64,000 bases of DNA from Ferruginibacter sp. Lineage in GTDB: Bacteria > Bacteroidota > Bacteroidia > Chitinophagales > Chitinophagaceae. Location: positions 401,171-465,170 of the forward strand of contig JBAOHS010000008.1 in NCBI GenBank assembly GCA_037045295.1, written 5' to 3'. A program made the translations under genes and the position numbers. The notes under the pieces are model-generated. The model had not been told where the DNA came from, did no database searches, and saw nothing but the letters and a program-made list of their open reading frames with translations. This document shows positions 31,291-40,900 of this stretch, in pieces. The stretch's first letter is position 1, and every line of letters starts with the position of its first letter.

Positions 31291-31791
31291 TCACCATACC
31301 AACTGGTGAGTTTGTTTGATTACGCCCATTACAAAAACACTCTGCACATTGCCAACATTGTCGAGCTGACTTAACCTGTTTACGTGAAAGTCGTAATAGC
31401 TGTCCATATTCTCTTCCACCACTTTCAGCATAAAATCAAATTCGCCACTGATATTATAGCATTCAATCACTTCATTCAGTTCATTGATTGCTTTGATAAA
31501 CCGTGTACCTGCATTGCGGTTGTGTTCCTTGAGTGATACATAACAGATCACCATCAATCCTTTTTTAACTTTAGCATGATCAACCAAGGTAGCATATTGC
31601 CTGATCACCCCCGATTGTTCCAATCGTTTGATTCTTTCATGTACAGGTGTAGTACTGAGGTGAATCTTCTGCGAAATTTCCTTTACGGTGATGCGGGCAT
31701 TTTCCTGTAATAATTTCAGGATGGCATAATCATTTTTATCAAGCACGGGAAGTGCAATAGCTGTTTGTTCTTTTTGAGCTGTTTTTTTCAT
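31291..31791 (-). CDS. Lrp/AsnC family transcriptional regulator
   Basis: LDKNDYAILKLLQENAR...LSTTPVHERIKRLE HTH; ECYNISGEFDFMLKV. Confidence 0.93.
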   Translation of the reverse strand: MKKTAQKEQTAIALPVLDKNDYAILKLLQENARITVKEISQKIHLSTTPVHERIKRLEQSGVIRQYATLVDHAKVKKGLMVICYVSLKEHNRNAGTRFIKAINELNEVIECYNISGEFDFMLKVVEENMDSYYDFHVNRLSQLDNVGNVQSVFVMGVIKQTHQLVW

Positions 31792-31882
31792 CTTTAAAAG
31801 CTATTTTATTCTATTATTGATAATAAATATACGCATTTATTCCAAAATAATAAATAATATCAGAATATCTCACTACAAATTG

Positions 31883-31890
31883 TAAGTTTG
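31883..31890 (+). promoter_or_regulatory. -7 promoter element TAAGTTTG for ahcY
   Basis: TAnnTTTG consensus 19 nt upstream of the ATG. Confidence 0.7.
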
Positions 31891-31909
31891 CTGTCTAAAA
31901 ATCATATAA

Positions 31910-33235
31910 ATGTCAAACACATTAACTTCCATTGATTTCAACCTAAAGTACAAGGTAAAAGACATGAGCCTCGCAGAATGGGGCCGTAAAGAAATAAAAC
32001 TGGCTGAAGCTGAAATGCCGGGTCTGATGGCTATTCGTGAAGAATATGCTGCCAGTCAGCCTTTGAAAGGAGCCCGCATCGCTGGTTGCCTGCACATGAC
32101 CATTCAAACTGCTGTTTTGATCGAAACCCTGGTTGCCCTGGGTGCAGAAGTAAAATGGAGCAGTTGCAATATCTTCTCTACACAGGATCAGGCTGCTGCT
32201 GCGATTGCTGCTGCCGGTATCGGTGTTTATGCCTGGAAAGGTCAAACGATTGAAGAAGCAGATTGGTGCATTGAACAAACATTGTTCTTCGGTAGTGCCG
32301 ACAAACCTTTGAATATGATCCTTGATGATGGTGGTGATCTTACCAACATCGTGTTTGATAAATATCCTGAACTGATTCAGCATATTAAAGGATTGAGTGA
32401 AGAAACCACTACTGGTGTTCACCGTTTATACGAGCGCATGGAAAAAGGTACTTTGCCTATTCCTGCCATCAATGTAAACGACTCAGTTACCAAATCTAAA
32501 TTCGACAACAAATATGGCTGTAAAGAATCACTGGTAGATGCGATCCGTCGTGCTACTGATGTGATGATGGCTGGTAAAGTTGCTGTAGTTGGTGGTTATG
32601 GTGATGTGGGTAAAGGTTCTGCAGAAAGTTTACGTGGAGCAGGTGCTCGTGTAATCGTTACCGAGATTGATCCGATCTGTGCTTTACAAGCTGCAATGGA
32701 CGGTTTTGAAGTTAAGAAAATGATCGACGCAGTAAAAGAAGCTGATATCATCGTTACTGCAAGTGGTTGCCGCGACCTCATCACTGAACAACATTTCAGG
32801 TTGATGAAAGACAAAGCGATCGTTTGTAACATCGGTCACTTCGATATCGAAATCGATATGGCCTGGTTGAATGGTAATTATGGTAACACCAAAAATACCA
32901 TCAAACCACAGGTTGATTTGTATACCATCGAAGGTAAAGATGTGATTATCCTGGCTGAAGGCCGCCTGGTTAACCTGGGTTGTGCAACTGGTCACCCAAG
33001 TTTTGTAATGAGCAATTCATTTACCAACCAAACACTTGCTCAAATTGAATTGTGGACCAACACAGACAAATACGAAAACAAAGTATATGTGTTGCCTAAG
33101 CACCTCGATGAAAAAGTTGCCCGTTTGCACCTTGCTAAAATCGGTGTGGAACTGGAAGTACTTACTGATGCTCAGTCTTCATACCTCGGTATCAGCAAAG
33201 AAGGTCCATTCAAAGCTGAAATGTACCGTTATTAA
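31910..33235 (+). CDS. ahcY: Adenosylhomocysteinase
   Basis: [56 protein letters not shown]. Confidence 0.98.
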   Translation: MSNTLTSIDFNLKYKVKDMSLAEWGRKEIKLAEAEMPGLMAIREEYAASQPLKGARIAGCLHMTIQTAVLIETLVALGAEVKWSSCNIFSTQDQAAAAIAAAGIGVYAWKGQTIEEADWCIEQTLFFGSADKPLNMILDDGGDLTNIVFDKYPELIQHIKGLSEETTTGVHRLYERMEKGTLPIPAINVNDSVTKSKFDNKYGCKESLVDAIRRATDVMMAGKVAVVGGYGDVGKGSAESLRGAGARVIVTEIDPICALQAAMDGFEVKKMIDAVKEADIIVTASGCRDLITEQHFRLMKDKAIVCNIGHFDIEIDMAWLNGNYGNTKNTIKPQVDLYTIEGKDVIILAEGRLVNLGCATGHPSFVMSNSFTNQTLAQIELWTNTDKYENKVYVLPKHLDEKVARLHLAKIGVELEVLTDAQSSYLGISKEGPFKAEMYRY

Positions 33236-33272
33236 TCTTTTATATTCCCGAAAAGGAATTCAATGTATACTG

Positions 33273-33305
33273 AACCCTGTCCTGGTGGCAGGGTTTGGTT
33301 TTTAA
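33273..33305 (+). terminator. Terminator after ahcY
   Basis: AACCCTGTC-CTGGT-GGCAGGGTT stem followed by a T-rich tract. Confidence 0.7.
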
Positions 33306-33455
33306 TTCAGATCCAGTATTTTCTTTTGAAATTCATTCAACCCAATTGCATCCAGCAGCAATCTTTACAGCTTTTTTGTTTTGAAATAAAAAAATTAAAC
33401 AAACCTGCTAAAAAAAGTTTTCAACTGATGCAACCCTTCGTAACCTATTCAAGTC

Positions 33456-33971
33456 TTGGTGGAGATGTCTACAATTGGTGATGAAAAGGCTTTTAAGGCC
33501 ATATACGATAAGCTTGCAGGCAAAATGTACAGTTTATGCCTTCGCTATGCCGGCAACTCTTATGATGCAAACGACTTCTTCCAGGAAGGCATAATCCGGG
33601 TATACAAAAATCTTTCAGGTTTCAAAGGATCAGGATCTTTTGAAGGATGGGCGAGAAAAATTTTTGTGAACACCTGTCTCGACATGCTCAAAACCAAGCA
33701 AAGAACCGTATTCGATCCGCTCAGTGATGATATGCAACTAACCAGTTCAACCATCCAGGGACTGGAAAAACTATCGCAGGCTGAATTACTAAAAATGATT
33801 CAGCAACTGCCGAATGGTTACCGAACGATCGTAAACCTTTACCTGGTAGAGGAATACAATCATAAACAGATTGCAGAAATGCTGGGTATATCAGAAGGAA
33901 CCAGTAAATCTCAATTATCGAGAGCTAAAACAATCCTGCAAAGAAGTATTACGGAAATTAATGGAAGATAA
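33456..33971 (+). CDS. ECF RNA polymerase sigma-70 factor (start uncertain)
   Basis: DFFQEGIIRVY...FEGWARKIFVN region 2; LPNGYRTIVNLY...IAEMLGISEGTSKSQLSRAK region 4. Confidence 0.93.
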   Translation: MVEMSTIGDEKAFKAIYDKLAGKMYSLCLRYAGNSYDANDFFQEGIIRVYKNLSGFKGSGSFEGWARKIFVNTCLDMLKTKQRTVFDPLSDDMQLTSSTIQGLEKLSQAELLKMIQQLPNGYRTIVNLYLVEEYNHKQIAEMLGISEGTSKSQLSRAKTILQRSITEINGR

Positions 33972-34827
33972 CGCTAACATATTGAAAGAGCTTCAGCACC
34001 TGGAGGTACAGCCTCCCGAGGGATTGTATTCCGCTATCTGGAATGCAGTTTCGGGGGAAGGTAATCCAGACACCTATTCACCTATCCCCGACCTGGTTAC
34101 CACAACACCTGAAACAAAAATCATTAACCTGGATATTCCGGTTCAATTTATTCAGTTAAAGGATTATATAGCTGAAGATGCTCAGCCTCCCACATTTGAA
34201 AAAGTATTTCAATCAAAGGAAACAATAGTCAAACAACAGGATCGGTCGGGATTAAAATACAATTGGCGGAAAATTGCTGCCATCTTTGTATTGCTGATAT
34301 CTACAGGCATTGCCATCATTGTTTACAATGGTAAAATGAATAAAGGGAATGATTCACTGGCCAAGAACTTTATAGCTAACAGCGCAACGATCGATAGTGC
34401 AGCTTTGAATGAACACGCAAAAAGCCACGGAAACGATAAGAAAAAAGTAAACAGGGAAGATATTGAACTCAATACAAAAGCGTCTACACATATCAGTAAA
34501 AATGTGAGCACTGCGTTTACAGATGCTGATTTTATTTACCTGTTGACTAGCTTTAATCCTGATACTGCCGAATTACTGATGCAGGATCTTGCCAACAAAT
34601 CGCTTCTCTACCTGAACAGGTTCTCTTATGTGAATATTTCAGATAAGATGCGGGAATTTCTTGAAACACTTTATAAAACAAAGAAAAATAAAAAACCAAC
34701 CAGGAAGGCAAGAAAAGCAAAACAAAAACTCGAAAAGTGGAAACAGGCAGATGAAAATTATTTTGATAACGAAGTCAGCAAAAATCCACTTGACATTTTA
34801 GATCTTTCTGAATTTATTCTAAAATAA
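33961..34827 (+). CDS. Probable anti-sigma factor-like single-pass membrane protein
   Basis: Overlaps the sigma stop codon; N-terminal EVQPPEGLYSAIW and a central TM helix WRKIAAIFVLLISTGIAIIVY. Confidence 0.65.
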   Translation: MEDNANILKELQHLEVQPPEGLYSAIWNAVSGEGNPDTYSPIPDLVTTTPETKIINLDIPVQFIQLKDYIAEDAQPPTFEKVFQSKETIVKQQDRSGLKYNWRKIAAIFVLLISTGIAIIVYNGKMNKGNDSLAKNFIANSATIDSAALNEHAKSHGNDKKKVNREDIELNTKASTHISKNVSTAFTDADFIYLLTSFNPDTAELLMQDLANKSLLYLNRFSYVNISDKMREFLETLYKTKKNKKPTRKARKAKQKLEKWKQADENYFDNEVSKNPLDILDLSEFILK

Positions 34828-35508
34828 ATGATGCGCATTATACTACTAACGATATTGTTTTATTTTACAGGCACTGCTGTACACAAAGCTTCTGCTCAGG
34901 CAAAACCCGAAATAGCAGCTGAATCATTCACATTGGTATATGATATAATCATCAGTACCCCTGGAAAAAAAGCCGGAATAGAAGAAACCTACAATGGCGG
35001 GATCAGAACCATCATGAAATCGGGTAACCATTACCGCTTGCGACAGGTAAGCCTGATGCGTATTCAGAATCTTTACTTCTATGATGCCGGAAAAAAAGAA
35101 CAGCAGATTATCCTATCGAAGGAATCTGGTCAGCGTAAATACCAACAGCACATTTCTACATCAGACTGGAACAGCATGAATGCGAAATACGACGAGGCAA
35201 CCTATACTCAAGCGTCAGAAACATTGCATCTACTGGGTTATACCTGCAAGAAAATGACCATTGCTTTAAAAAGCGGACAATTGATTACTGCTTATTACAG
35301 CCCTGCCATGCCTGCATTACACAAAGTAGTGGAACCAATGTTTGAAAAAGTTCCGGGTATGGTATTACAATATGAGATCAGCAACGGCAAAGGCACAATA
35401 AAATATGTGGCATCGAAGATGATCAAAGCATCCATAGATGAACAGGTGTTTAAAAAACCCGGGGCTGATTATCCGCTGAAAAAACGCTCTGCTACAATTA
35501 ATCGATGA
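34828..35508 (+). CDS. Exported GLPGLI/DUF4412-like protein
   Basis: Signal peptide; TLHLLGYTCKK...YYS...VPGMVLQYE pattern. Confidence 0.6.
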   Translation: MMRIILLTILFYFTGTAVHKASAQAKPEIAAESFTLVYDIIISTPGKKAGIEETYNGGIRTIMKSGNHYRLRQVSLMRIQNLYFYDAGKKEQQIILSKESGQRKYQQHISTSDWNSMNAKYDEATYTQASETLHLLGYTCKKMTIALKSGQLITAYYSPAMPALHKVVEPMFEKVPGMVLQYEISNGKGTIKYVASKMIKASIDEQVFKKPGADYPLKKRSATINR

Positions 35509-35512
35509 GGTT

Positions 35513-36061
35513 TTATTCGGCCGAGCTTCCTTTTGCCCAATCAGTATCCTTTCTTTTGCTCTTCTGATAAAGGCCCAGGGTTAAGTATTGTTTTCTACGG
35601 AAAGAAAGAAAAATACCAGCCATCACCAATAGATGAATGCTTCCGAATGAACCGGAAAACCGAATGATGCCGGAGTTCTCTTTCTGAACAATGTCTTCCA
35701 CAGCTTCCACTACAACTTCCTGGTTAATGAGCCAGGCCCAGTGCAGTGATAAGAAATTCTTTGAAGTCCACTCTATCTCTCCGTATTTTACAACAGTTTC
35801 AAATCGGGTAGAACCGGAAAACGGAAAAAAAACGGGCAATGCTATTTCACCGATCTTTTCTGCATCGGCTTCACTGAAAACGGTATAACAGGATGGGATA
35901 CCCGCTTTACGTTGTATGATAAAATTATCATCCAGCGCTTCAATATGGATATACCATTTATTCTTTCTGCCCTCTTCAATAATTCCAAACAAAGTATCAT
36001 CCAGAAAAACTTTGTACCCATTTTCTATCTGGCTTATTCTGTACTCATGATCCTGCATCAT
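35513..36061 (-). CDS. Hypothetical protein
   Basis: 182-aa ORF with beta-rich segments and a C-terminal hydrophobic helix. Confidence 0.6.
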   Translation of the reverse strand: MMQDHEYRISQIENGYKVFLDDTLFGIIEEGRKNKWYIHIEALDDNFIIQRKAGIPSCYTVFSEADAEKIGEIALPVFFPFSGSTRFETVVKYGEIEWTSKNFLSLHWAWLINQEVVVEAVEDIVQKENSGIIRFSGSFGSIHLLVMAGIFLSFRRKQYLTLGLYQKSKRKDTDWAKGSSAE

Positions 36062-36079
36062 ATTTCACCGAATTATAAA

Positions 36080-36121
36080 AAAAGCAACAAAAAAAGAAGG
36101 AGCTGTAAGAATACAGCCCCC
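36080..36121 (-). terminator. Intrinsic terminator-like structure just upstream of the 36061 gene
   Basis: Minus strand GGGGCTGTA-TTCT-TACAGCTCC (9-bp stem with one G-U) followed by TTCTTTTTTTGTTGCTTTTTTT. Confidence 0.55.
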
Positions 36122-36264
36122 GCCAATTCCTAAAAGCTGCATTATACAGCTGGCTTATAGATTGTTTCTGAAGAAAAAGGGTTGCATGGTATTAAAATTT
36201 TTCTTCAATAATCCCCATTTTCATGGATGAGTAATTTTAAAAGCTTTCATAACTTACCGACTGA

Positions 36265-36924
36265 ATGAGCAGTCTCTACATCAATATACACAGTCACCAC
36301 TCCCCTGCACCAGGCGAAAGGTGCATCCGGAGTATTTATCGCAACTTTTCTGAAAATACAACTTCAGTTCCGGTTTCAATGGGATTGCATCCCTGGCATA
36401 TCAAAGCAGAAACGGCAGCAGCGCAATTTGTGGAATTGCAACAGGCAAGCATACATGAAAATGTGTGGGCGATTGGCGAATGCGGATTGGATAAAGCGAT
36501 TGTGACCGATATAAAATTCCAGGAGAAAATTTTTGTGCAACAACTGTTATGGGCAAACGAAATCGGTAAGCCATTGATCATACATTGTGTTCGTGCCTAT
36601 GATGAAATACTGCTCTTACTCAAAAAACACCAGAACAAAGTGCCCGTTATTTTTCATGGGTTTAATAAAAAGATGGATACTGCTCAGAGAATCATACAGG
36701 CCGGTCATTGGCTATCTTTTGGCGCTGCCCTGCAACATTTCCGCACAAGGGAAGTATTTGAACAGCTTCCGTTAAATCATATTTTCCTGGAAACGGATGA
36801 TGGCAACCTGGATATCCGAACGATCTATCAATTGGCAGCTTCCATCCGGAATATTACAGAAGAACAGTTAAGTTTGCAGCTTCATCAGAATGTAAAAACT
36901 GTTTTCAATACTGATATAACATGA
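36265..36924 (+). CDS. TatD family hydrolase
   Basis: NIHSH, GLHPW, AIGECGLDK, IIHCVRA, FLETDD. Confidence 0.92.
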   Translation: MSSLYINIHSHHSPAPGERCIRSIYRNFSENTTSVPVSMGLHPWHIKAETAAAQFVELQQASIHENVWAIGECGLDKAIVTDIKFQEKIFVQQLLWANEIGKPLIIHCVRAYDEILLLLKKHQNKVPVIFHGFNKKMDTAQRIIQAGHWLSFGAALQHFRTREVFEQLPLNHIFLETDDGNLDIRTIYQLAASIRNITEEQLSLQLHQNVKTVFNTDIT

Positions 36925-37643
36925 TGACCGATATTTCCTGGCTGGGCCGTACGAGTTTACTCATCGGTGAAGAAAAAGTAAACCGTTTAACAAAGAAGCA
37001 TGTAATGGTAGTAGGCATGGGAGGTGTTGGTTCCTTTGCCGCAGAGTTTATCTGCAGAAGCGGCATTGGTAAAATGACAATCATTGACGGCGATGTAGTT
37101 GATCCAACCAACCGTAACCGCCAACTACCAGCACTTTCAACCAATCATGGTGTATCGAAAGCCGATATCATGGCCGAAAGATTGAAAGCCATCAATCCCG
37201 AACTCGAACTGATCGTAGTAAAAGAATTCATCAATCCGGAAATGGTAGAAAAAATTCTTGCGTTTGAGCCTGATTATATTGTGGATGCCATCGACAGCAT
37301 CACACCCAAACTTACTTTTCTGCGCATGGCTTATGAGAAAAAAATTCCGCTGGTAAGCAGTATGGGCGCCGGCGCTAAATTAGACCCAACAAAACTTAAG
37401 GTTATTGATATTTCAAAAACCTACAATTGTCCGTTTGCTCAACAGGTTAGAAAAAATTTAAAGAAGCACCATATCTATCGTGGTATCAAAACAGTGTTCT
37501 CTCCTGAAGAACCGATCAAAGAAAGCCTGATGCTCACCGATGGAAAAAATTTTAAAAAATCTGCATACGGCACGATCTCCTATCTGCCGGCCACATTCGG
37601 TGCAGTTGCTGCATCCGTAGTAATCAGGGACCTCATAAAATAA
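36921..37643 (+). CDS. tcdA: tRNA threonylcarbamoyladenosine dehydratase (ThiF family)
   Basis: VVGMGGVGSFAAE, DGDVVDPTNRNRQL, SSMGAGAKLDP, GTISYLPATFG. Confidence 0.88.
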   Translation: MMTDISWLGRTSLLIGEEKVNRLTKKHVMVVGMGGVGSFAAEFICRSGIGKMTIIDGDVVDPTNRNRQLPALSTNHGVSKADIMAERLKAINPELELIVVKEFINPEMVEKILAFEPDYIVDAIDSITPKLTFLRMAYEKKIPLVSSMGAGAKLDPTKLKVIDISKTYNCPFAQQVRKNLKKHHIYRGIKTVFSPEEPIKESLMLTDGKNFKKSAYGTISYLPATFGAVAASVVIRDLIK

Positions 37644-37781
37644 AACCTGTACTATAGATTTTCAATTCATAATGAAATCTTAAAACCTTTCTTTTCACTT
37701 AACAGCAATTGCTAAGAACGTTTTCGTTTACCATTTTGTTAACGGGTGCGCTGCTATTTTTGAGCAACCAAAAAACATAAT

Positions 37782-38177
37782 ATGTTACAACAAAAACCTT
37801 CAAACGCATTTATTGCTGCATCATGGATTGCACTCGGAGCCGGCATGCTGGGCTTCCTGATCGGTTTATGGAGAGTAGAAATGCAGTTGAATGAAAAGGG
37901 TTACTATTTTACTGTTTTAATGTTTGGATTGTTTGCAGTGGTTTCGGTACAAAAATCAGTTCGTGACAAACTGGAAGGGCTACCCGTAACCGAAATCTAT
38001 TATGGTCTGTGTTGGTTTGCCACCATCTTATCCATTGTTCTGCTGGTAGTCGGATTATGGAATGCAGAAATATTACCAAGTGAAAAAGGTTATTACTCCT
38101 TTGCCTTTTTACTGGCACTATTTGGTGCCATTGCGGTGCAGAAAAATATCCGCGACAGCCGCAACAGCAACGCTTAA
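37782..38177 (+). CDS. yiaA: Inner-membrane protein YiaA (yiaAB two-helix domains)
   Basis: [28 protein letters not shown] and a duplicated second half. Confidence 0.9.
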   Translation: MLQQKPSNAFIAASWIALGAGMLGFLIGLWRVEMQLNEKGYYFTVLMFGLFAVVSVQKSVRDKLEGLPVTEIYYGLCWFATILSIVLLVVGLWNAEILPSEKGYYSFAFLLALFGAIAVQKNIRDSRNSNA

Positions 38178-38239
38178 TTTTTTAAGCCGTACCCTATCTT
38201 TCCCTAAACACATTAACTTTGAACATGTTAAATTCTGCC

Positions 38240-38959
38240 ATGACAAAACTTTCTGTAAACATCAATAAACTGGCTACCCTTCGCAATTCCAGGGGTGGCA
38301 ACAATCCCGATCTGCTGAAAGCCGCCAGAGACATTGAAGCTTTCGGAGCCGATGGCATTACGGTTCATCCAAGGCCAGACGAAAGACATATCCGTTACCA
38401 GGATGTATATGATTTGAAAAAAATAATCAGCACAGAGTTCAATATAGAAGGTAACCCCACTGAAGATAAGTTTACAGAACTTGTTCTGGCCAACAAACCC
38501 ACCCAGGTTACGCTTGTTCCGGATGCAACCGGACAACTCACCAGCAATCATGGGTGGAATACCATTGAACACCAGGACTACCTGAAAAGCATAATCGCAG
38601 TTTTTAAAAATGCCGGTATACGTGTTTCTATTTTTGTAGATCCGGTAGAAGAAATGGTGGCAGCTGCCAGTACAACAGGTACCGATCGGATCGAATTGTA
38701 TACTGAAGGTTATGCCAAAGAATATGCAACCGGTAATTCGAGGAAAGCGATTGAACCCTATATCAAAGCGGCCATCAAAGCCAATGAAACCGGACTGGGC
38801 ATTAATGCCGGGCATGATCTCGACCTGAATAATCTCTGCTACTTTGCACAACAGATTCCTGGATTACTGGAAGTATCCATCGGCCATGCCCTGATCTGTG
38901 ATGCTATTTACCTGGGTTTGGAAAATACAGTACAGTTATACAAAAGGCAGCTCAAATAA
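38240..38959 (+). CDS. pdxJ: Pyridoxine 5'-phosphate synthase
   Basis: [44 protein letters not shown]. Confidence 0.97.
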   Translation: MTKLSVNINKLATLRNSRGGNNPDLLKAARDIEAFGADGITVHPRPDERHIRYQDVYDLKKIISTEFNIEGNPTEDKFTELVLANKPTQVTLVPDATGQLTSNHGWNTIEHQDYLKSIIAVFKNAGIRVSIFVDPVEEMVAAASTTGTDRIELYTEGYAKEYATGNSRKAIEPYIKAAIKANETGLGINAGHDLDLNNLCYFAQQIPGLLEVSIGHALICDAIYLGLENTVQLYKRQLK

Positions 38960-38991
38960 AGCTGCCTTTTAATCTTTTAATTTCTTTTTAT

Positions 38992-40071
38992 TTACTTCAG
39001 TAAACTTTCCAGTTTGGCGTCCAGTGCTGGTCCACGTAGATTTTTAGCAATCACCTTACCGGAAGGATCGATGAGGAAGTTTTGCGGTATACTTACAATC
39101 TGAAATTGCTGAGCAACACTGTTAGCCCAGCCTTTAAGATCGCTTACATGCGTCCACGTTAGTCCATCCATATTTATGGCATCAATCCAAGCCTGTTTGG
39201 CTTTGTCGAGTGATATGCCCAAAACGGTAAAATTCCTGTTTTTGTATTTATTGAAGGCAGAAACTACATTCGGATTTTCCTGACGGCAAGGACCACACCA
39301 GCTTGCCCAGAAATCAACCAACACATATTTTCCCCTTAGAGAAGAAAGTTGAAATGGTTTACCGGTTGTGTCTTCCTGGGTGAAATCGGCCAATACTTTT
39401 CCCATGGGATTCTTTTTGGCTTCACCGATCTGCTGCGCTACATAATTTCCTATGGGTGATGTTTGTGCTTCAGGCGTGAGGCCCAGATACAGTGATTCCA
39501 TCCTATCACTGTTGGAGGATAATTGATGGTACCTGAAGATGGCCAATGGAGATACATAAGATGCCGGATGTTTTTTTACAAAATCTTCCAGCAATGCTGC
39601 ACCATTAGCAGCAATGGCAGAATCAGCTTGTTCCTGCTGTGCAAAATATTTTTCGAATGGTTTGGTGATCGACATATACTCATAAAACTCATCATTGGTA
39701 ACAGAACCTTTAATAATGGCTTTATCCAGCTGGTCCTTTTTAGCAGTCACGGTAACATTGCTGTTGTCGAGAAAAATCGGGATATAAGGCGCTGTTTTGT
39801 TAAATGAAATCAACTTAAAATCCGGGTAGTCGAGTTTGCCTTTGAAAGAAAATTTTCCGTTGATGACTTTTGAACTGAGTTCAGGCATGCCGTTATTGCC
39901 ATTTAAAAGATCTACTACGGTACCTTCCGGATAACCACTAACTGTACCGTTTATCTGGTATCCTTCCGGTTGTTTAACGACTGCAGGCTTTTTTTCTGCT
40001 GTTGTTTTTGGCTTTACCTGCCCAATAGTGATCAATGGAAACATCAATAAAATCAGGATGAGTTTCTTCAT
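38992..40071 (-). CDS. TlpA-family disulfide reductase with a DUF4369-like N-terminus
   Basis: LVDFWASWCGPCRQENP CxxC motif; signal peptide. Confidence 0.92.
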   Translation of the reverse strand: MKKLILILLMFPLITIGQVKPKTTAEKKPAVVKQPEGYQINGTVSGYPEGTVVDLLNGNNGMPELSSKVINGKFSFKGKLDYPDFKLISFNKTAPYIPIFLDNSNVTVTAKKDQLDKAIIKGSVTNDEFYEYMSITKPFEKYFAQQEQADSAIAANGAALLEDFVKKHPASYVSPLAIFRYHQLSSNSDRMESLYLGLTPEAQTSPIGNYVAQQIGEAKKNPMGKVLADFTQEDTTGKPFQLSSLRGKYVLVDFWASWCGPCRQENPNVVSAFNKYKNRNFTVLGISLDKAKQAWIDAINMDGLTWTHVSDLKGWANSVAQQFQIVSIPQNFLIDPSGKVIAKNLRGPALDAKLESLLK

Positions 40072-40204
40072 ATGTTATGCTTAAACCTTTACTTATTTGA
40101 ACGGTTATTAAGATCACGCAAATTAAGGTGTTTCGTGGTTTTTACCTAACCACTCCTTTCATTTAACAAGTAAAAAGGGATTTCTGAAAATTACCACCAA
40201 TTGG

Positions 40205-40858
40205 TCAGGATGCCGGGTTTCCGCTGTGTTTTTTCACCTGGTGAATAAATCCGAGCAGGGAGGCCATATCTTTTACCCCGGGCTCTTTTTCAAAATAACA
40301 ATTCAGGTCGATCCCATAAAAATCGGGATGCCTGAAACTACTGAGCTTCTCCGCATCTTCCGGCTTGATTCCACCACCCAGGAAAAATGGCTTTTCTATA
40401 CTTGCATTGGCGAGTTTCGTCCAGTCGAACTGGTCGGCCAATCCGGAAAAATCCTTCTTCATAATACTGTCAAATGAGTAATAATCGCAGGCTTCGTCAA
40501 ATTCATTCACTATCATTTCCAGGCTGTCAGCATCAGAACGGTTGATATAAAAAGTTTTGATAACCTCTAGTTTTTTGGACAATTCCCAACAAAACTCAGC
40601 AGGTTCATCACCTTCCAGTTGTATCATATCTAAACCATATATTCCGGCTATATCAATTATTTCATTCCGGGAAGCATTGGAGAAAATACCCACTTTCCTG
40701 ATATCAAGATCTGCGGCAATCAGTTCTTCGCCGGTAATCCGGCCATCCAGGTACTGGGGAGATAATTTGTTAAACACCAATCCGGCAAAATCTACATTCA
40801 TGCCATCAAGCTGCACCAATTGTTTCATGCTGGTTACACCGCATACTTTTATATTCAT
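40205..40858 (-). CDS. trpF: Phosphoribosylanthranilate isomerase-like protein, degenerate at several conserved sites
   Basis: IKVCG, FFLGGGI and EKEPGVKD motifs, but SPQ replaces SPR and QLEG replaces QLHG. Confidence 0.8.
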   Translation of the reverse strand: MNIKVCGVTSMKQLVQLDGMNVDFAGLVFNKLSPQYLDGRITGEELIAADLDIRKVGIFSNASRNEIIDIAGIYGLDMIQLEGDEPAEFCWELSKKLEVIKTFYINRSDADSLEMIVNEFDEACDYYSFDSIMKKDFSGLADQFDWTKLANASIEKPFFLGGGIKPEDAEKLSSFRHPDFYGIDLNCYFEKEPGVKDMASLLGFIHQVKKHSGNPAS

Positions 40859-40900
40859 AAAACTTGTATTTATGTAACATAGGGCAGTTTGTAATCAATT

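Noticed and set aside
31792-31909. SAH/SAM riboswitch upstream of ahcY
   Set aside because: The spacer is short and AT-rich, the promoter sits about 20 nt from the ATG, and there is no room or motif for an aptamer.
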